A DNA stretch of 64,000 bases from Nannocystis bainbridge (GTDB lineage Bacteria; Myxococcota_A; Polyangia; Nannocystales; Nannocystaceae). Positions 36,766-52,294 of the stretch are shown here, piece by piece (positions within the stretch are counted from its first letter, which is position 1; every line of letters starts with the position of its first letter). The stretch spans positions 320,001-384,000 of the forward strand of contig NZ_JAQNDL010000003.1 in the NCBI RefSeq assembly GCF_028368995.1, written 5' to 3'. The position numbers and the translations under genes are program-made. The notes beneath the pieces are model-generated. The model worked only from the letters and a program-made list of their open reading frames with translations, ran no database searches and was not told the origin of the DNA.

Positions 36766-39186
36766 CCGACGCAGCCCCAGCAGCCCGCCGAGCAGCCACC
36801 ACGGGGCAGGCTCCGGCCCGCTCGCGCAGCCGCAGCCGCGGCGCTCTTGCGGGCACGTCGTCGCCAGCGCCGCAGCACCTGCCGCGGCCGGCCCCGGGCT
36901 GCCCTCGCCGGTGTGCGACCGGGCCCCCGCCACTCGCAGCCCGCCGACCCCCAGCTCGTCCAGCAGCGCGCCCGCGTCCTCGACCTGGTCGAGCAACCAC
37001 AGCAGGTAGCGTACGTCGACGATGATGTTGCGCGAGCGCTCGCTGTAGCCGAAATCGCCGGCGATGTTCTCCCACACCCGGTCGAAATTGAGGCCGATGA
37101 ATTGCCCGCGGCCGTTGATCACCGGGCTGCCGGAGTTGCCGCCGGTGGTGTCGGCGCTCGACAGGAAATCGATCGGCACGTCGCCGAGGATCGGGTCGGC
37201 CCAGTACGTGTCCCTGGCCTTCGGGACAGCCGCGAGCACCCGCTCCGGCATCGTGAACGGCTCCTCGCCGGTGACCTTCGCCAGCTGCCCCGACAGCGTC
37301 GTCTGCGGGGTCGCCATCAGCCCCTCGCGCGGCTTGTAGCCGGCGATCGACGCGTACGACAGGCGCAGCGTGCCGTTGGCGTCCGGGTAGACCGGCCCGG
37401 AGCGGACCTTGCGGAGCATCGTGAAGTAGGCCGGGCCGAGCCGCGACAGCACCCCCGCGCGCGTCTCGCCCCGCGCCTCGGCCGCCTCGATCGCCGGCGC
37501 CAGCGCCAGCGCCAGCGCCACGATCGGGTCGCCGCTGGCCGCCAGCGCGGCCGGGTCGGCGGCGTCGAACAGCCCCTTCGCCTTGCCCTCGCCCAGCAGC
37601 TTGGTGCGCGCGATCAGCTGCCGTGCCTGCTTGAGGTAGCGCTCGCGCCCCGAACCTGTCTTTGCGTCCATGTCCTTGAAGGCAGCCGCGCCGAGCACCC
37701 CCACCATCTTCGCCGCAGCTGCCTCTGGGGACATGTCCTTGAAGGCATACAACTTCCAGCCGGCCGGCAGCGCCTGCGCGCGGGCGATCACCGACGCCAG
37801 CAGGTGGGCCTCGACCTCCGGATCGAAGTCGCGGAGGCGCCGCTCCTGGCGGTCCCACAGCTTCTTCTCGTTGCGGTCCATGTAGCCCGCCGAGCGCTCG
37901 AGGTCGGGCTTTTGCCGCTCGCGCGCGCGGCGGACCAGGTCGATCGCCAGCCCCAGCAGGTTCGGCCCGTTCGGCACCTGCTCGAGCAGGTAGTCGTGGG
38001 CGAAGCTGTCCTTGCGGTCCTGGCTGAGCGCGCGCAGGGCCGGCAGCACCTTCTGAAACGCGCGGTCGTCGGCCTCCGCGGCCCACTTCTCGAGCGCGGC
38101 CTCCTCGGCGCGGCGGCGCTCGAGCAGGCCGATCGCCGAGAACCCGGCCAGCATGCCGCGGGCGTTCTTCAGCCGGTTGGCCAGGCTCTTCTTGCTCGAC
38201 GCCACCTTGATCCCGCGCGCCTTGTCGGTCGCGCCGAGCTCCTCGAGGATCGCCACCCACTCGCCGAGCAGGTCGATGCGGGCCGGGAAGATCTGCGACT
38301 CGTGGCGCTCGACCTCCGACAGCGGCAAGTAGCGCTCCGTGTTGCCCGGGTAGCCGAGCACCGCCACGAAATCGCCGGCCTTGACCCCCGTGTGCGCCAC
38401 CGGCAGCCACGCCTGCGGCTTGTAGGGCACGTTGGCCTCGGCCTTGTCCGCCGGCTCGCCCGCGGCGCCGACGTACGCGCGCAGCAGCGTGAAGTCGCCG
38501 GTGTGGCGCGGCCACATCCAGTTGTCGACCTCGCCGCCGAACTCGCCGATCGCCGCCGGCGGCGCGTACACCAGCCGCACGTCGCGGAGCTCGCGGTAGG
38601 TGAAGCGCTGGAACAGGCTCATGTTGTAGAACGCCGCCACCTCGCAGCGCAGCCCGCCGCCCGGCTTCTCGCAGGCGTCGACGAGCTGCTTGCGGGCGCG
38701 GTCGATCGCCTGCGCCCGCGCCCGGTCGTCCTTCAGCGCCGACGCCTCGGCCAGCACCTCGGCGGTGACGTCGTCGATGCGCTCGAGCACCCGCACCGTC
38801 AGGCCCTTGCCCGCCAGCTCCTCCGCGCGTGTGCGGGCCAGGAAGCCGTCCTTGAGGTAATCGTGCTCGACGCTGCTGACGGCCTGGATCGCCCCGTGCG
38901 CGCAGTGATGATTGGTGGCGATCAGGCCCTCGGCCGACACGAACGCCGCCGAACAGCCCGACAGGTTGACGGCCGCGCGCATAAGCCCGGTGTTGTCGCT
39001 CCACAGCTGCTCCAGCGGCAGCTCGAGGCCCATCGCGCTCAGCTTGCCGCGGTCGAGCTCGACGATCTGGCCCGGCATCCACTGACCCTCGTCGGCGCGG
39101 GCCGGTGCGGCCGTCAACGCGACGACGGCGACGAGCCCGAGGCAGCGGGCGGAGCGCGACAGGACGAGGTGCGGCCGGGTGTGCAT
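36751..39186 (-). CDS. S46-family dipeptidyl peptidase with a MYXO-CTERM sorting signal
   Basis: ADEGQWMP, TNHHC, NWMWPRHTGDF, YPDANGTLR, DTTGGNSGSP; C-terminal GCGC...WWLLGGLLGLRRRRRS. Confidence 0.92.
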   Translation of the reverse strand: MHTRPHLVLSRSARCLGLVAVVALTAAPARADEGQWMPGQIVELDRGKLSAMGLELPLEQLWSDNTGLMRAAVNLSGCSAAFVSAEGLIATNHHCAHGAIQAVSSVEHDYLKDGFLARTRAEELAGKGLTVRVLERIDDVTAEVLAEASALKDDRARAQAIDRARKQLVDACEKPGGGLRCEVAAFYNMSLFQRFTYRELRDVRLVYAPPAAIGEFGGEVDNWMWPRHTGDFTLLRAYVGAAGEPADKAEANVPYKPQAWLPVAHTGVKAGDFVAVLGYPGNTERYLPLSEVERHESQIFPARIDLLGEWVAILEELGATDKARGIKVASSKKSLANRLKNARGMLAGFSAIGLLERRRAEEAALEKWAAEADDRAFQKVLPALRALSQDRKDSFAHDYLLEQVPNGPNLLGLAIDLVRRARERQKPDLERSAGYMDRNEKKLWDRQERRLRDFDPEVEAHLLASVIARAQALPAGWKLYAFKDMSPEAAAAKMVGVLGAAAFKDMDAKTGSGRERYLKQARQLIARTKLLGEGKAKGLFDAADPAALAASGDPIVALALALAPAIEAAEARGETRAGVLSRLGPAYFTMLRKVRSGPVYPDANGTLRLSYASIAGYKPREGLMATPQTTLSGQLAKVTGEEPFTMPERVLAAVPKARDTYWADPILGDVPIDFLSSADTTGGNSGSPVINGRGQFIGLNFDRVWENIAGDFGYSERSRNIIVDVRYLLWLLDQVEDAGALLDELGVGGLRVAGARSHTGEGSPGPAAAGAAALATTCPQERRGCGCASGPEPAPWWLLGGLLGLRRRRRS

Positions 39187-39217
39187 CCCGGCCACCATAG
39201 CAGCGCGAGATCGGCGC

Positions 39218-39577
39218 TCAAAGCCCGACGATCGTGCGCGCGCGGCGAGCGAAGCCGAAGTGCAGCCCGGCCAGCTCGAGGAACTCGACCATCACCATCA
39301 CGGGCCCCATCAGCCACGAGATCGGCCGCTTGAGCAGCGCCGGCTTGTTGCCCTCGATGCGGTGCCCCGCGATCTGGAACGCCCAGCCGATCGTCCACCC
39401 GATCACGAACATCTTCCAGCTCAGCGTCGCCACCGCGCCGACGCCGGTCACCACCAGGATCGGCACCCCGAACATGTGCGTCAGCCGATTGAGCGGGTGG
39501 CGGTGCTCGTGCAGGTAGTACGCGAACTCGCGGGTCCAGAACTCGTCGATGCTGGCGATCCGATTCAGGGTGCTCAC
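39218..39577 (-). CDS. DUF962/Mpo1-like small membrane protein
   Basis: YLHEHRHPLNRLTHMFG, QIAGHRIEGNKPA; GTG start inferred. Confidence 0.82.
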   Translation of the reverse strand: MSTLNRIASIDEFWTREFAYYLHEHRHPLNRLTHMFGVPILVVTGVGAVATLSWKMFVIGWTIGWAFQIAGHRIEGNKPALLKRPISWLMGPVMVMVEFLELAGLHFGFARRARTIVGL

Positions 39578-40201
39578 GGGTCCTGTTGTATCGCATCCCC
39601 GGCGCCGCTGGCACACCCCGCCTGCGCGCCGGCGCGCCAGCCCACACCTCGCGGCGCCGGGCGAGACCACCGGCCACGCACCGCCGCCCGCCGGCTCGTC
39701 GCCAGTACCGGCTCGCATCCCGCCGGATCTGCCAGCGCTCCCGCGACTCGCCGGCTCCGCGATCCGGGAGAGCGCGACGCCCGACCGCCTGCTCCGGCCG
39801 AGGCGGTCCGGCGCGACGCGACGTCACCGGCTCCTGACCGCCGCGGCGGCCTGTGACCGCAGCATCGCCGCCGCCGGCGGAGGCGGCATCTGTCCCTTCG
39901 GACAGCTCGGAGATCTCGGCGGCCCGCGCCCGCCGGTCGGCCGCGCCCCGATCCGGCGCTCCAGGACGCCGCTGCCGGCGGCGAGGACGGCGGCGCCACG
40001 GCGTCGCCGCCTGACTGGCGACGTCACCGAGCTCGGGCGACGACGTCGCCGCCGCCTCGCATGGGACCCCGCGCACGGACAGCTGCCCGGCGGCCATCGC
40101 GGTCGGCGAGCTCGACGAGCGGGCCTCGGAACGCGACGCGTCGCCCCCATTTTTCCGTCGACGTCGCGGCCCGAAGGATCCATAGTTCGCCCGCGTTGGA
40201 C

Positions 40202-40882
40202 ATGGCAAAAGCCCCCTTTCCCGAGCCGCTCTCCGAAGCGGCGCGTCGTTGGCTGCTTCACCTCGCCCGCCGGTCGTTGCGAGACGCCATGGCCGTGAAA
40301 GACCCGGACGCCAGGGATCTGGCTATCGGCGAGGCCGAACGCCCTGACGACGACCCGCGGCTCGAGGCCCCGGCGCGGGTGTTCGTGTCGTGGCACGACG
40401 TCCGCGAGTTGGTCGGTTGCATCGGCTCGCTCGAGCCGTGGCCCAACCTCGAGCAGGCTGTCGTGCGCTACGCGGTGCAGGCCGGCCTGCACGACCCGCG
40501 GACCTCGCCGGCCCGTCCGTCCCGCTGGCACCGCCTGAACGGCGAGATCTCGATCCTCGGCGAGCCGCAGCAGCTCGAGGCCGTCGGCTTCGACGCCATC
40601 GCCGAGGCCATCACGCCTGGACGCGACGGCGTCATCCTCGGCATCGGCTCGCGCCAGGCCGTGTTCTTGCCGGTGGTGTGGCGCCAGTTGCCGCGCCCGC
40701 ACGACTTCCTGGCCGCGCTCATGCGCAAGGCCGGGCTGTCGCCGGTGCACGACGGCCCCCGGATCCGCGCCCGCGTGTTCCTCACCGAGACCTTCGGCGA
40801 GCCCGTGCTCGCCCCGGCGCACCCGGGTCCCGCTGCCAGCCACGCCGGCGGTCACTCGCTGCTCGTCCAGTACGTCCACTGA
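40202..40882 (+). CDS. AMMECR1-domain protein (AmmeMemoRadiSam protein A-like)
   Basis: VFVSW...LVGCIGS, DPR, EISIL, PGRDGVIL, AVFLPVVW, LMRKAGL. Confidence 0.85.
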   Translation: MAKAPFPEPLSEAARRWLLHLARRSLRDAMAVKDPDARDLAIGEAERPDDDPRLEAPARVFVSWHDVRELVGCIGSLEPWPNLEQAVVRYAVQAGLHDPRTSPARPSRWHRLNGEISILGEPQQLEAVGFDAIAEAITPGRDGVILGIGSRQAVFLPVVWRQLPRPHDFLAALMRKAGLSPVHDGPRIRARVFLTETFGEPVLAPAHPGPAASHAGGHSLLVQYVH

Positions 40883-41320
40883 CCGCCGCTCGCGGCTACT
40901 TCCTTAAGTAGGTCACCACCGCGGCTCGCCTCTCCGGCGAGCCGCTGGCAATTCAGGGGTCGAGGTCCGGGCTCGACGACCGCCGAGCCGCTGCGAACCC
41001 GCCGAGAGTCGGACCGTGAATTCGACACACGGCCCGCGCTCTCACCGTCCCCGCGCCGCTCGTGCTCCGCCCACGCGCGCCCGCTTGCGAGCTGCGCGGC
41101 CGATCTGCGGTCGCCGTGCGCCTCGCCCCTCGCCGCGCCTGTGATTCTCGCTGTCACGGCCTCCATCGCGCGCTGCGACCGGTTTGGCGCGCCCTGGGGG
41201 TGGCGGGCGCGCGGTCGGAAACCTTGCGGGTCCCCGCGGGCCCGTGTCACAGTTGCCGCGCCAGCGGGCCTTTTCGCGCATGTGCGCGGCGGGGCCCGCA
41301 CCACCTGCGAGCTTCTACTC

Positions 41321-41965
41321 ATGCGTACGATCCTCATCGGCCCGCCCGGCGCCGGCAAAGGCACCCAGGCCCAGTTCATCGTCAAGACCCACGGGATCCC
41401 CCACATCTCCTCGGGGGACATGCTGCGTGAGGCGGTCCGCACCGGCACCGAGCTGGGCAAGCAGGCTGACGCGGCGATGAAGCGCGGCGACCTCGTCACC
41501 GACGACGTGGTGATCGGCATGGTGATCGAGCGGATCCAGCGGGCCGACTGCGCCCGCGGGTTCTTGCTCGACGGCTTCCCGCGCACGCGGCCGCAGGCCG
41601 AGGCGCTGGACGTCGCGCTCGCCGCCGCCGGCGTCGGGCTCGACGTAGTCGTCCTGGTCGAGGTCCCGGACTCGCTGCTCGTCGAGCGCGTCACCGGCCG
41701 GCGCAGCGACCCCGAGACCGGCGCCATCTACCACCTCAAGTTCAACCCGCCGCCGGTCGAGGTCGCCGGGCGGCTGGTCCACCGCAACGACGACTTCGAG
41801 GTCGCCGTCAACGCGCGGCTCGACAAGTACCACCGCGAGACCGCGCCGATCGTCCCGTTCTACGAGGCCAAGGGCCTGCTCAAGCGGATCGACGGCGTCG
41901 GCGCGCCTGACGAAGTCACCGCGCGACTGCTGGCGGTGCTCGGCGCGCCGCGAACGGCCGGCTGA
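41321..41965 (+). CDS. adk: Adenylate kinase
   Basis: GPPGAGKGTQA, HISSGDMLR, GFLLDGFPRT. Confidence 0.96.
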   Translation: MRTILIGPPGAGKGTQAQFIVKTHGIPHISSGDMLREAVRTGTELGKQADAAMKRGDLVTDDVVIGMVIERIQRADCARGFLLDGFPRTRPQAEALDVALAAAGVGLDVVVLVEVPDSLLVERVTGRRSDPETGAIYHLKFNPPPVEVAGRLVHRNDDFEVAVNARLDKYHRETAPIVPFYEAKGLLKRIDGVGAPDEVTARLLAVLGAPRTAG

Positions 41966-41974
41966 GGCGGAACC

Positions 41975-42808
41975 ATGTCGAAGGTCCCCTACCTCGCGCC
42001 GAACTTCATCACCGTGGGCGCCATGGCCTGCGGTCTCGGGGCGATGCTGCTCGCGCACCGTGGGGACTTCGTCGCGGCCGCCTGGCTGCTGCTGTTCTCG
42101 ACCTTCCTCGACCGGGCCGACGGCTTCGTCGCGCGCCGCCTGCAGGCCACCAGCAGCTTCGGCGTGCAGATGGACTCGTTCGCCGACTTCTTCAACTTCG
42201 GCGTGGTCCCGCCGTTCATGATCTTGACCGCGCTGAGCTCCACCCCTGGCCTGCCCTTCGGGACAGGTTCGGGCCTGGCCTGGGCGCTCCTCGCGGCCGG
42301 CTTGTGGCTGGCCGCCGCGGCCGTGCGGCTGGCCCGCTTCAACGTCCTCAGCGACGCCGGCACCACCGACAAGACCATCTTCCACGGCGTGCCGACCACC
42401 CTCGCCGCCGGCTTGCTGGTCAACTGGTTCCTGGTCTGCCTCAAGTACGGCGGGCCCGACAACCCGCTGGCCGCGCCCGACCGGTTCGCCGAGGGCCGCC
42501 TGTTCGGCGACCTCCTGCTCGGGCCGGGCGTGTGGGCCGCGTTCCCGTGGGCGATGATCGCCGGCGCCCTGCTGATGGTCTCGAACCTGCGCAACAAGAA
42601 GTTCGGGGCCCTGAGCGCGCGCTGGGCCAACCTCGCCGTCGCCGCCCTCTCGCTGGTCGCGTTCGCCTTCATGGTCATGCGCGTCTACCCCGAGTTCATG
42701 GTCCTGCTGCCGTCGACGTGGCTGGCCATCTGGCTGGTGTGGGGCCAGATCGGCCCGGGCTACCGCGGCCAGCCCAAGCCGCCGCTGTTCCCCGTCGGCG
42801 ACGAGTAG
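41975..42808 (+). CDS. CDP-alcohol phosphatidyltransferase (PssA-like)
   Basis: DRADGFVARR...SSFGVQMDSFADFFNFGVVP, RLARFN, F.GVP. Confidence 0.85.
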   Translation: MSKVPYLAPNFITVGAMACGLGAMLLAHRGDFVAAAWLLLFSTFLDRADGFVARRLQATSSFGVQMDSFADFFNFGVVPPFMILTALSSTPGLPFGTGSGLAWALLAAGLWLAAAAVRLARFNVLSDAGTTDKTIFHGVPTTLAAGLLVNWFLVCLKYGGPDNPLAAPDRFAEGRLFGDLLLGPGVWAAFPWAMIAGALLMVSNLRNKKFGALSARWANLAVAALSLVAFAFMVMRVYPEFMVLLPSTWLAIWLVWGQIGPGYRGQPKPPLFPVGDE

Positions 42809-42918
42809 CTGCCTGTCCTCGCGGACATGTCCTCGGGAGCCTGTCCTCGGGAGCCTGTCCTCGCGGACATCTCGCTCCGCCCAAAAACACGAAGGGACAT
42901 GTCCTCACGGACATGTCC
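42809..42918. repeat. 14-bp-period array (5+2 units) between convergent genes
   Basis: Units at 42809, 42823, 42837, 42851 and 42865, then an A-tract, then 42895 and 42909. Confidence 0.9.
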
Positions 42919-42954
42919 CTTTCGACGCTCCAGGCTACGCGAGCCCGTCGCGGA

Positions 42955-43914
42955 TCACGCCGGGATGGCGCAGGCGCCGATGTTCTCCTGGCCCGGAGGG
43001 GCCATGCCCTCGGTGTACCAGGGCACGCACTCCTGGCCGTCGGCCATGCCGGGGCAGGTGTTGGGCTCCTGGACGTTGCAGTACGAGCTGCAGCAGCCGT
43101 CGGCGTTGTCGCAGCCGGGCACGGACTCGGGCGTGGCGCAGTACAGGCCGTAGTCGCACACGTTGATGTAGGCGCACGGGTCGCCGTAGGCGCCCATGTC
43201 GCCGCTGGCGTCGAAGTCGCAGATGAACTGGTCGAGGCCGTCGAAGAAGCAGATCTGGCCCGCGGGGCAGCTCTGGATCAGCGGGTCGCAGGTCTCGAGG
43301 CAGAGGATCAGCACCCCGTCGTTCGACACGTCGCAGGTCTGGCCCATGTCGCACGACGGCGTGTCGGGCGTGCCCTTGCACATGTCGATGCACGAGCCGT
43401 TGTTGTTCTCGTCGAAGTACCAGCACAGCAGGCCGATGTCGCAGGTGTCGACGCCGCTGACCGCGCTGCCCTCGACCGTGCACGGATCGCCTTCCTTGCC
43501 CGGGTTGGCGTCGATCGGCGAGCACTTGGTGGCGTTCCACGAGCTGGCGCCGTTGTCGGCCCACGGCATGCACTTCTGGCCCGACGGGCAATCTTGCGTC
43601 CACACGTCGCACTCCTTCACGCCGCCGCCGCCGTCGGGCGGGGTGATGAAGGAGCCGTCGGTGGTGTCGGGGCCGACGCTGGTGGCGCTGTCTTCGGTGG
43701 TCGTCGGGTTCGGCGCCGTCGTCGTGACCGGGTTGGTCGAAGTCGTCCCGTCGCTCGTCCCGCCGCCGGTCGACGTGTCGCCCTCGGTCGCGTCGTTGGT
43801 CGGATTGGTGCTCGGGTTGGTCGCGTTGGTCCCGCTGCCCTTCCCATCGTCTTCTTTACAGGCTCCCAGCGCCAGCGCGGCGCCGATGACAGTGAATCGA
43901 ACGTAATTGAGCAT
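42955..43914 (-). CDS. Cys-rich lipoprotein with a Thr-rich linker
   Basis: LGAC lipobox; CDVWTQDCP.GQKC and CDPLIQSCP.GQIC repeats. Confidence 0.8.
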   Translation of the reverse strand: MLNYVRFTVIGAALALGACKEDDGKGSGTNATNPSTNPTNDATEGDTSTGGGTSDGTTSTNPVTTTAPNPTTTEDSATSVGPDTTDGSFITPPDGGGGVKECDVWTQDCPSGQKCMPWADNGASSWNATKCSPIDANPGKEGDPCTVEGSAVSGVDTCDIGLLCWYFDENNNGSCIDMCKGTPDTPSCDMGQTCDVSNDGVLILCLETCDPLIQSCPAGQICFFDGLDQFICDFDASGDMGAYGDPCAYINVCDYGLYCATPESVPGCDNADGCCSSYCNVQEPNTCPGMADGQECVPWYTEGMAPPGQENIGACAIPA

Positions 43915-44173
43915 GGTCTTCTCCTGTGGCCGGCGCGTCCGGCGCTAGTGTTGCGATGATTGGCCAAAGCGCGCCAGGACGCAAACCCGAACCCGCCGAG
44001 TGGTCCGAGGTTCGATCGGCCTCGACGGTGCAGCCGACAGCCGGGCGCCGAGCGCCGCTGCCAGCCGCTGCACGAGTCGCAGGGCCTGCGTGCTGCAATC
44101 GGGTCCAGGATCCCCACCGACCGGCCACCGCCCGGGACGAGCGCAGGACAGGTTCGGCGGCCCGTCGCCGTCT

Positions 44174-45253
44174 CTAGCCGAGGGCGTAGATCATGTTCTT
44201 GGTGCCAGCCGCCGCGCAGGTCGCGTGGGCCACTGCCTTGAGGCCCGGCGTCGCCACGAATTTGCGGTCCTTGAACACCTTGAACGGGTAGCGCTCGCGC
44301 AAAGCGCGATAACGCGCCTGCTCCTGATCTCGCAGACGGTCGCGCAGGAGCGGCGAGAGCGGGTCGTTGCTGCGTTCCTCGCGGATGTCGAGCGCGGCCG
44401 AGTCGGTGGCGAACGCGGCGAGCAGCTCGGGCCGCTCGTGCTCCGCCGCGCCGGCGCCGACCGACCACGCGTGCCACTCGCGGCCCAGCGCGTCGTCCGG
44501 CGCCTCCGCCGTACGCATCACCTGGACCCCGCTGCCGACCGGCATGGCGAACAGCACCGGCCCGATCACCCCGCGCTGGACCTTCTCGACGCTCACCCCC
44601 TCGACCCCGTGCAGGCGCATGAACAGCGCCTCGGCGTCGAGGTCGGCGCAGCGGTAGACCATCGCCCCGAACGCCTCGCTCGCGGCTGCCGTCTCGCCGT
44701 CGTGGGCCAGGTCGATCACCTTGCGCCGCCACAGCGACGACACCTGCGTCAGCTCGATGCCGAGGCGCAGGTACACCCCGCTGGCGTCGAGCTTGGTCAG
44801 CTCGATGCGGAACGCCGCGGTGCCGCTGGCAGGATCGTGGCGGCGCAGCAGCACCCGCTGGTGATCGACCGGCGCCAGCTCGCGGTCCTGCAGCTTCTCG
44901 TAGTAGCCGTGCTTGGCCGCCAGGCGGGCGAACACCTCCGCCTCGCCGGCGCGGGCCTCGAGCGCGGCGCGGTCGCCCATGCGCGCCAGCGACTCGCGGG
45001 CCACGCTCTTGTCGGTCAGCGCCCGCGTGAAGCTGGCCAGGTTGGGCAGGCCGGCGCGCGAGTCGACGAACAGCTCGCCGTGGAGCCCGAGGCGCAGCGA
45101 CTCTGCCAGCGTCTCGAGCGACTGCTGCAGCGGGCGGCGCTCGGGGAACGCGTTCGAGAGGCGGGCCGCGTGCAGCGAGCGACCGAGCAGGTCGAGGTAG
45201 GTCGCCGCCTCGGGCAGGACGAGCGCCTGGGTGTGGAGCGCGACGACCGTCAT
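44174..45253 (-). CDS. Hypothetical protein, second gene of a two-gene unit
   Basis: About 360-aa ORF starting roughly 20 bp after the upstream stop; protein-like composition. Confidence 0.72.
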   Translation of the reverse strand: MTVVALHTQALVLPEAATYLDLLGRSLHAARLSNAFPERRPLQQSLETLAESLRLGLHGELFVDSRAGLPNLASFTRALTDKSVARESLARMGDRAALEARAGEAEVFARLAAKHGYYEKLQDRELAPVDHQRVLLRRHDPASGTAAFRIELTKLDASGVYLRLGIELTQVSSLWRRKVIDLAHDGETAAASEAFGAMVYRCADLDAEALFMRLHGVEGVSVEKVQRGVIGPVLFAMPVGSGVQVMRTAEAPDDALGREWHAWSVGAGAAEHERPELLAAFATDSAALDIREERSNDPLSPLLRDRLRDQEQARYRALRERYPFKVFKDRKFVATPGLKAVAHATCAAAGTKNMIYALG

Positions 45254-45272
45254 CGCCACCTCGGCGCGGGCC

Positions 45273-46349
45273 TCAGGTCCCTGACGGCGACGACGCCGGC
45301 GCCGCCGGGGCCGCGGCCCGCTTGACCGCCTTGTCGACGGCCGCCTGGATGCGCGCGTCCTCGATCTCCTTGGACTTGCGGAGGTTCTCCTCGAGCACCG
45401 ACGAGGTCTTCTCGTCGAAGGTGTCGAGCTCCTTGACGAGCTCGTCGAGGTTGCTGCGGAAGAAGATCTGGGTGTCGCTGACGAACTGCGTGGTGACGTT
45501 CATCGACTCGGTCATCACGTCGAGGCTGCGCTTCATCTCGAGCATGACGGTCGACGCGTCGGCGGCGCGGCCGATCGCCTGGATCTGGGCCGACGCCATG
45601 TCGAGCTTGATCGACGACGCCGTGGTGTACTGCTGGATGTCCTGCGCCAGGTTGCGGATCGTGTCCGCCAGCTTGCGGGTGTTCTCCTTGAGCCGGGCGT
45701 AGCGCTCCTCGGCCGAGCCGTAGAGCAGCACGTTGGACGAGTGCTCGGCGAGCTTGGCCCGGACCTTGTCGATGTTGGCCTGGATGTCGCGCTGCTCGAC
45801 GCTGCCGGCCTCGACGGCCTGCTCCTCGCCCTCGAGCTGCTCCTGGACCTGCTTCAGCTCGAGCACGTAGTGCAGGGCCTCGCGCTCGTTCTTGGCCATC
45901 TCGACGATCCGCACGTTGATGCGGTCGATCTCTTTGTAGAGGTCCTGCTCGCTCTGCTTGAGCGTGTCGACGTATTCGGCGGCCTCTTTCACGCGGCGGG
46001 CCGAGACCTGGTACTGGGCCTTCAGCAGCTCCTCGATCGAGCGCTGGCTCATGCTCATCGACCCGAGCCCGGGGATGAAGCTGAGGACCTCCTTGAACCC
46101 GGCCCAAAACCCGCCCTTGACCGCCGTACCATCGAGGTAATCGCTGAACTTGCGCAGCTTCTTCAGCTCTTCGGCCATCGCGTTCTGGATGGACACGTTG
46201 CGCTCGCGCAAGACCTTGAGCTCGTCGACCTTGTTGTCCTGGATCGTGCGTTCTTTTTGGATGTCCGTCTCGAGCGACTTGACGGAGATCCCTTCACCGG
46301 AGTACGCGACCTGGCGACTCAGGACGTCGAGGTTTGCCTTCGAACTCAT
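45273..46349 (-). CDS. Long coiled-coil protein (TelA/PspA-like architecture, tentative)
   Basis: Heptad-rich E/K/L sequence with one amphipathic segment, GFWAGFKEVLSFIPGLG. Confidence 0.75.
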   Translation of the reverse strand: MSSKANLDVLSRQVAYSGEGISVKSLETDIQKERTIQDNKVDELKVLRERNVSIQNAMAEELKKLRKFSDYLDGTAVKGGFWAGFKEVLSFIPGLGSMSMSQRSIEELLKAQYQVSARRVKEAAEYVDTLKQSEQDLYKEIDRINVRIVEMAKNEREALHYVLELKQVQEQLEGEEQAVEAGSVEQRDIQANIDKVRAKLAEHSSNVLLYGSAEERYARLKENTRKLADTIRNLAQDIQQYTTASSIKLDMASAQIQAIGRAADASTVMLEMKRSLDVMTESMNVTTQFVSDTQIFFRSNLDELVKELDTFDEKTSSVLEENLRKSKEIEDARIQAAVDKAVKRAAAPAAPASSPSGT

Positions 46350-46659
46350 CGTGGCCGAAGGTTGACACAAATCGGCGCTCAAGGGGGGCGGCAAGTCGCG
46401 CCGCGAGCCTCGCGTCGGCTCTGCGCCCTCGCGCGCGCCGCGGGTCCGACGCGACACCCTCGGCGGCCGGCCGCGTCGCGTCGCCGAGACCTCGCGCGAC
46501 GAGCCGCCGTGAGACCTCGCAGATGCCCGCGCGGGCGAGCCGCCGCCGTCTCAGCGCGACGCCGCCTGTCCGCCGCGCGATCTCCGCAGCAAAACCATCG
46601 CGGCCGCGGCGTCCCGTTCGTTGTCACGAACGCGCAAACGAGTATGCTGCGGCCGGCCT

Positions 46660-50743
<4,084 letters not shown>

Positions 50744-50781
50744 CCTTTCAGGCATGTCCTCTCCGACAGGTCCGTAACACC

Positions 50782-52182
<1,401 letters not shown>

Positions 52183-52294
52183 GCCCGCGCGGGGGTACCC
52201 GCCCGACGGCCTCCAGGGGTCCCCTGGGGGCCGTTTTGCGCGCCTGCAGCCCGCCGTGATCTCGCGGCCCGCGCCGTGTTAGGCTGCCCGGGTC

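Noticed and set aside
40202-40882. Complete AmmeMemoRadiSam system
   Set aside because: Only the AMMECR1-domain gene is present; no Memo-like or radical SAM gene is in the window.
42823-42918. GGACATGTCC matches the p53 half-site RRRCWWGYYY
   Set aside because: The context is clearly bacterial, no p53-like protein is expected, and many units use CAGG/CCTG cores. Treated as coincidence.
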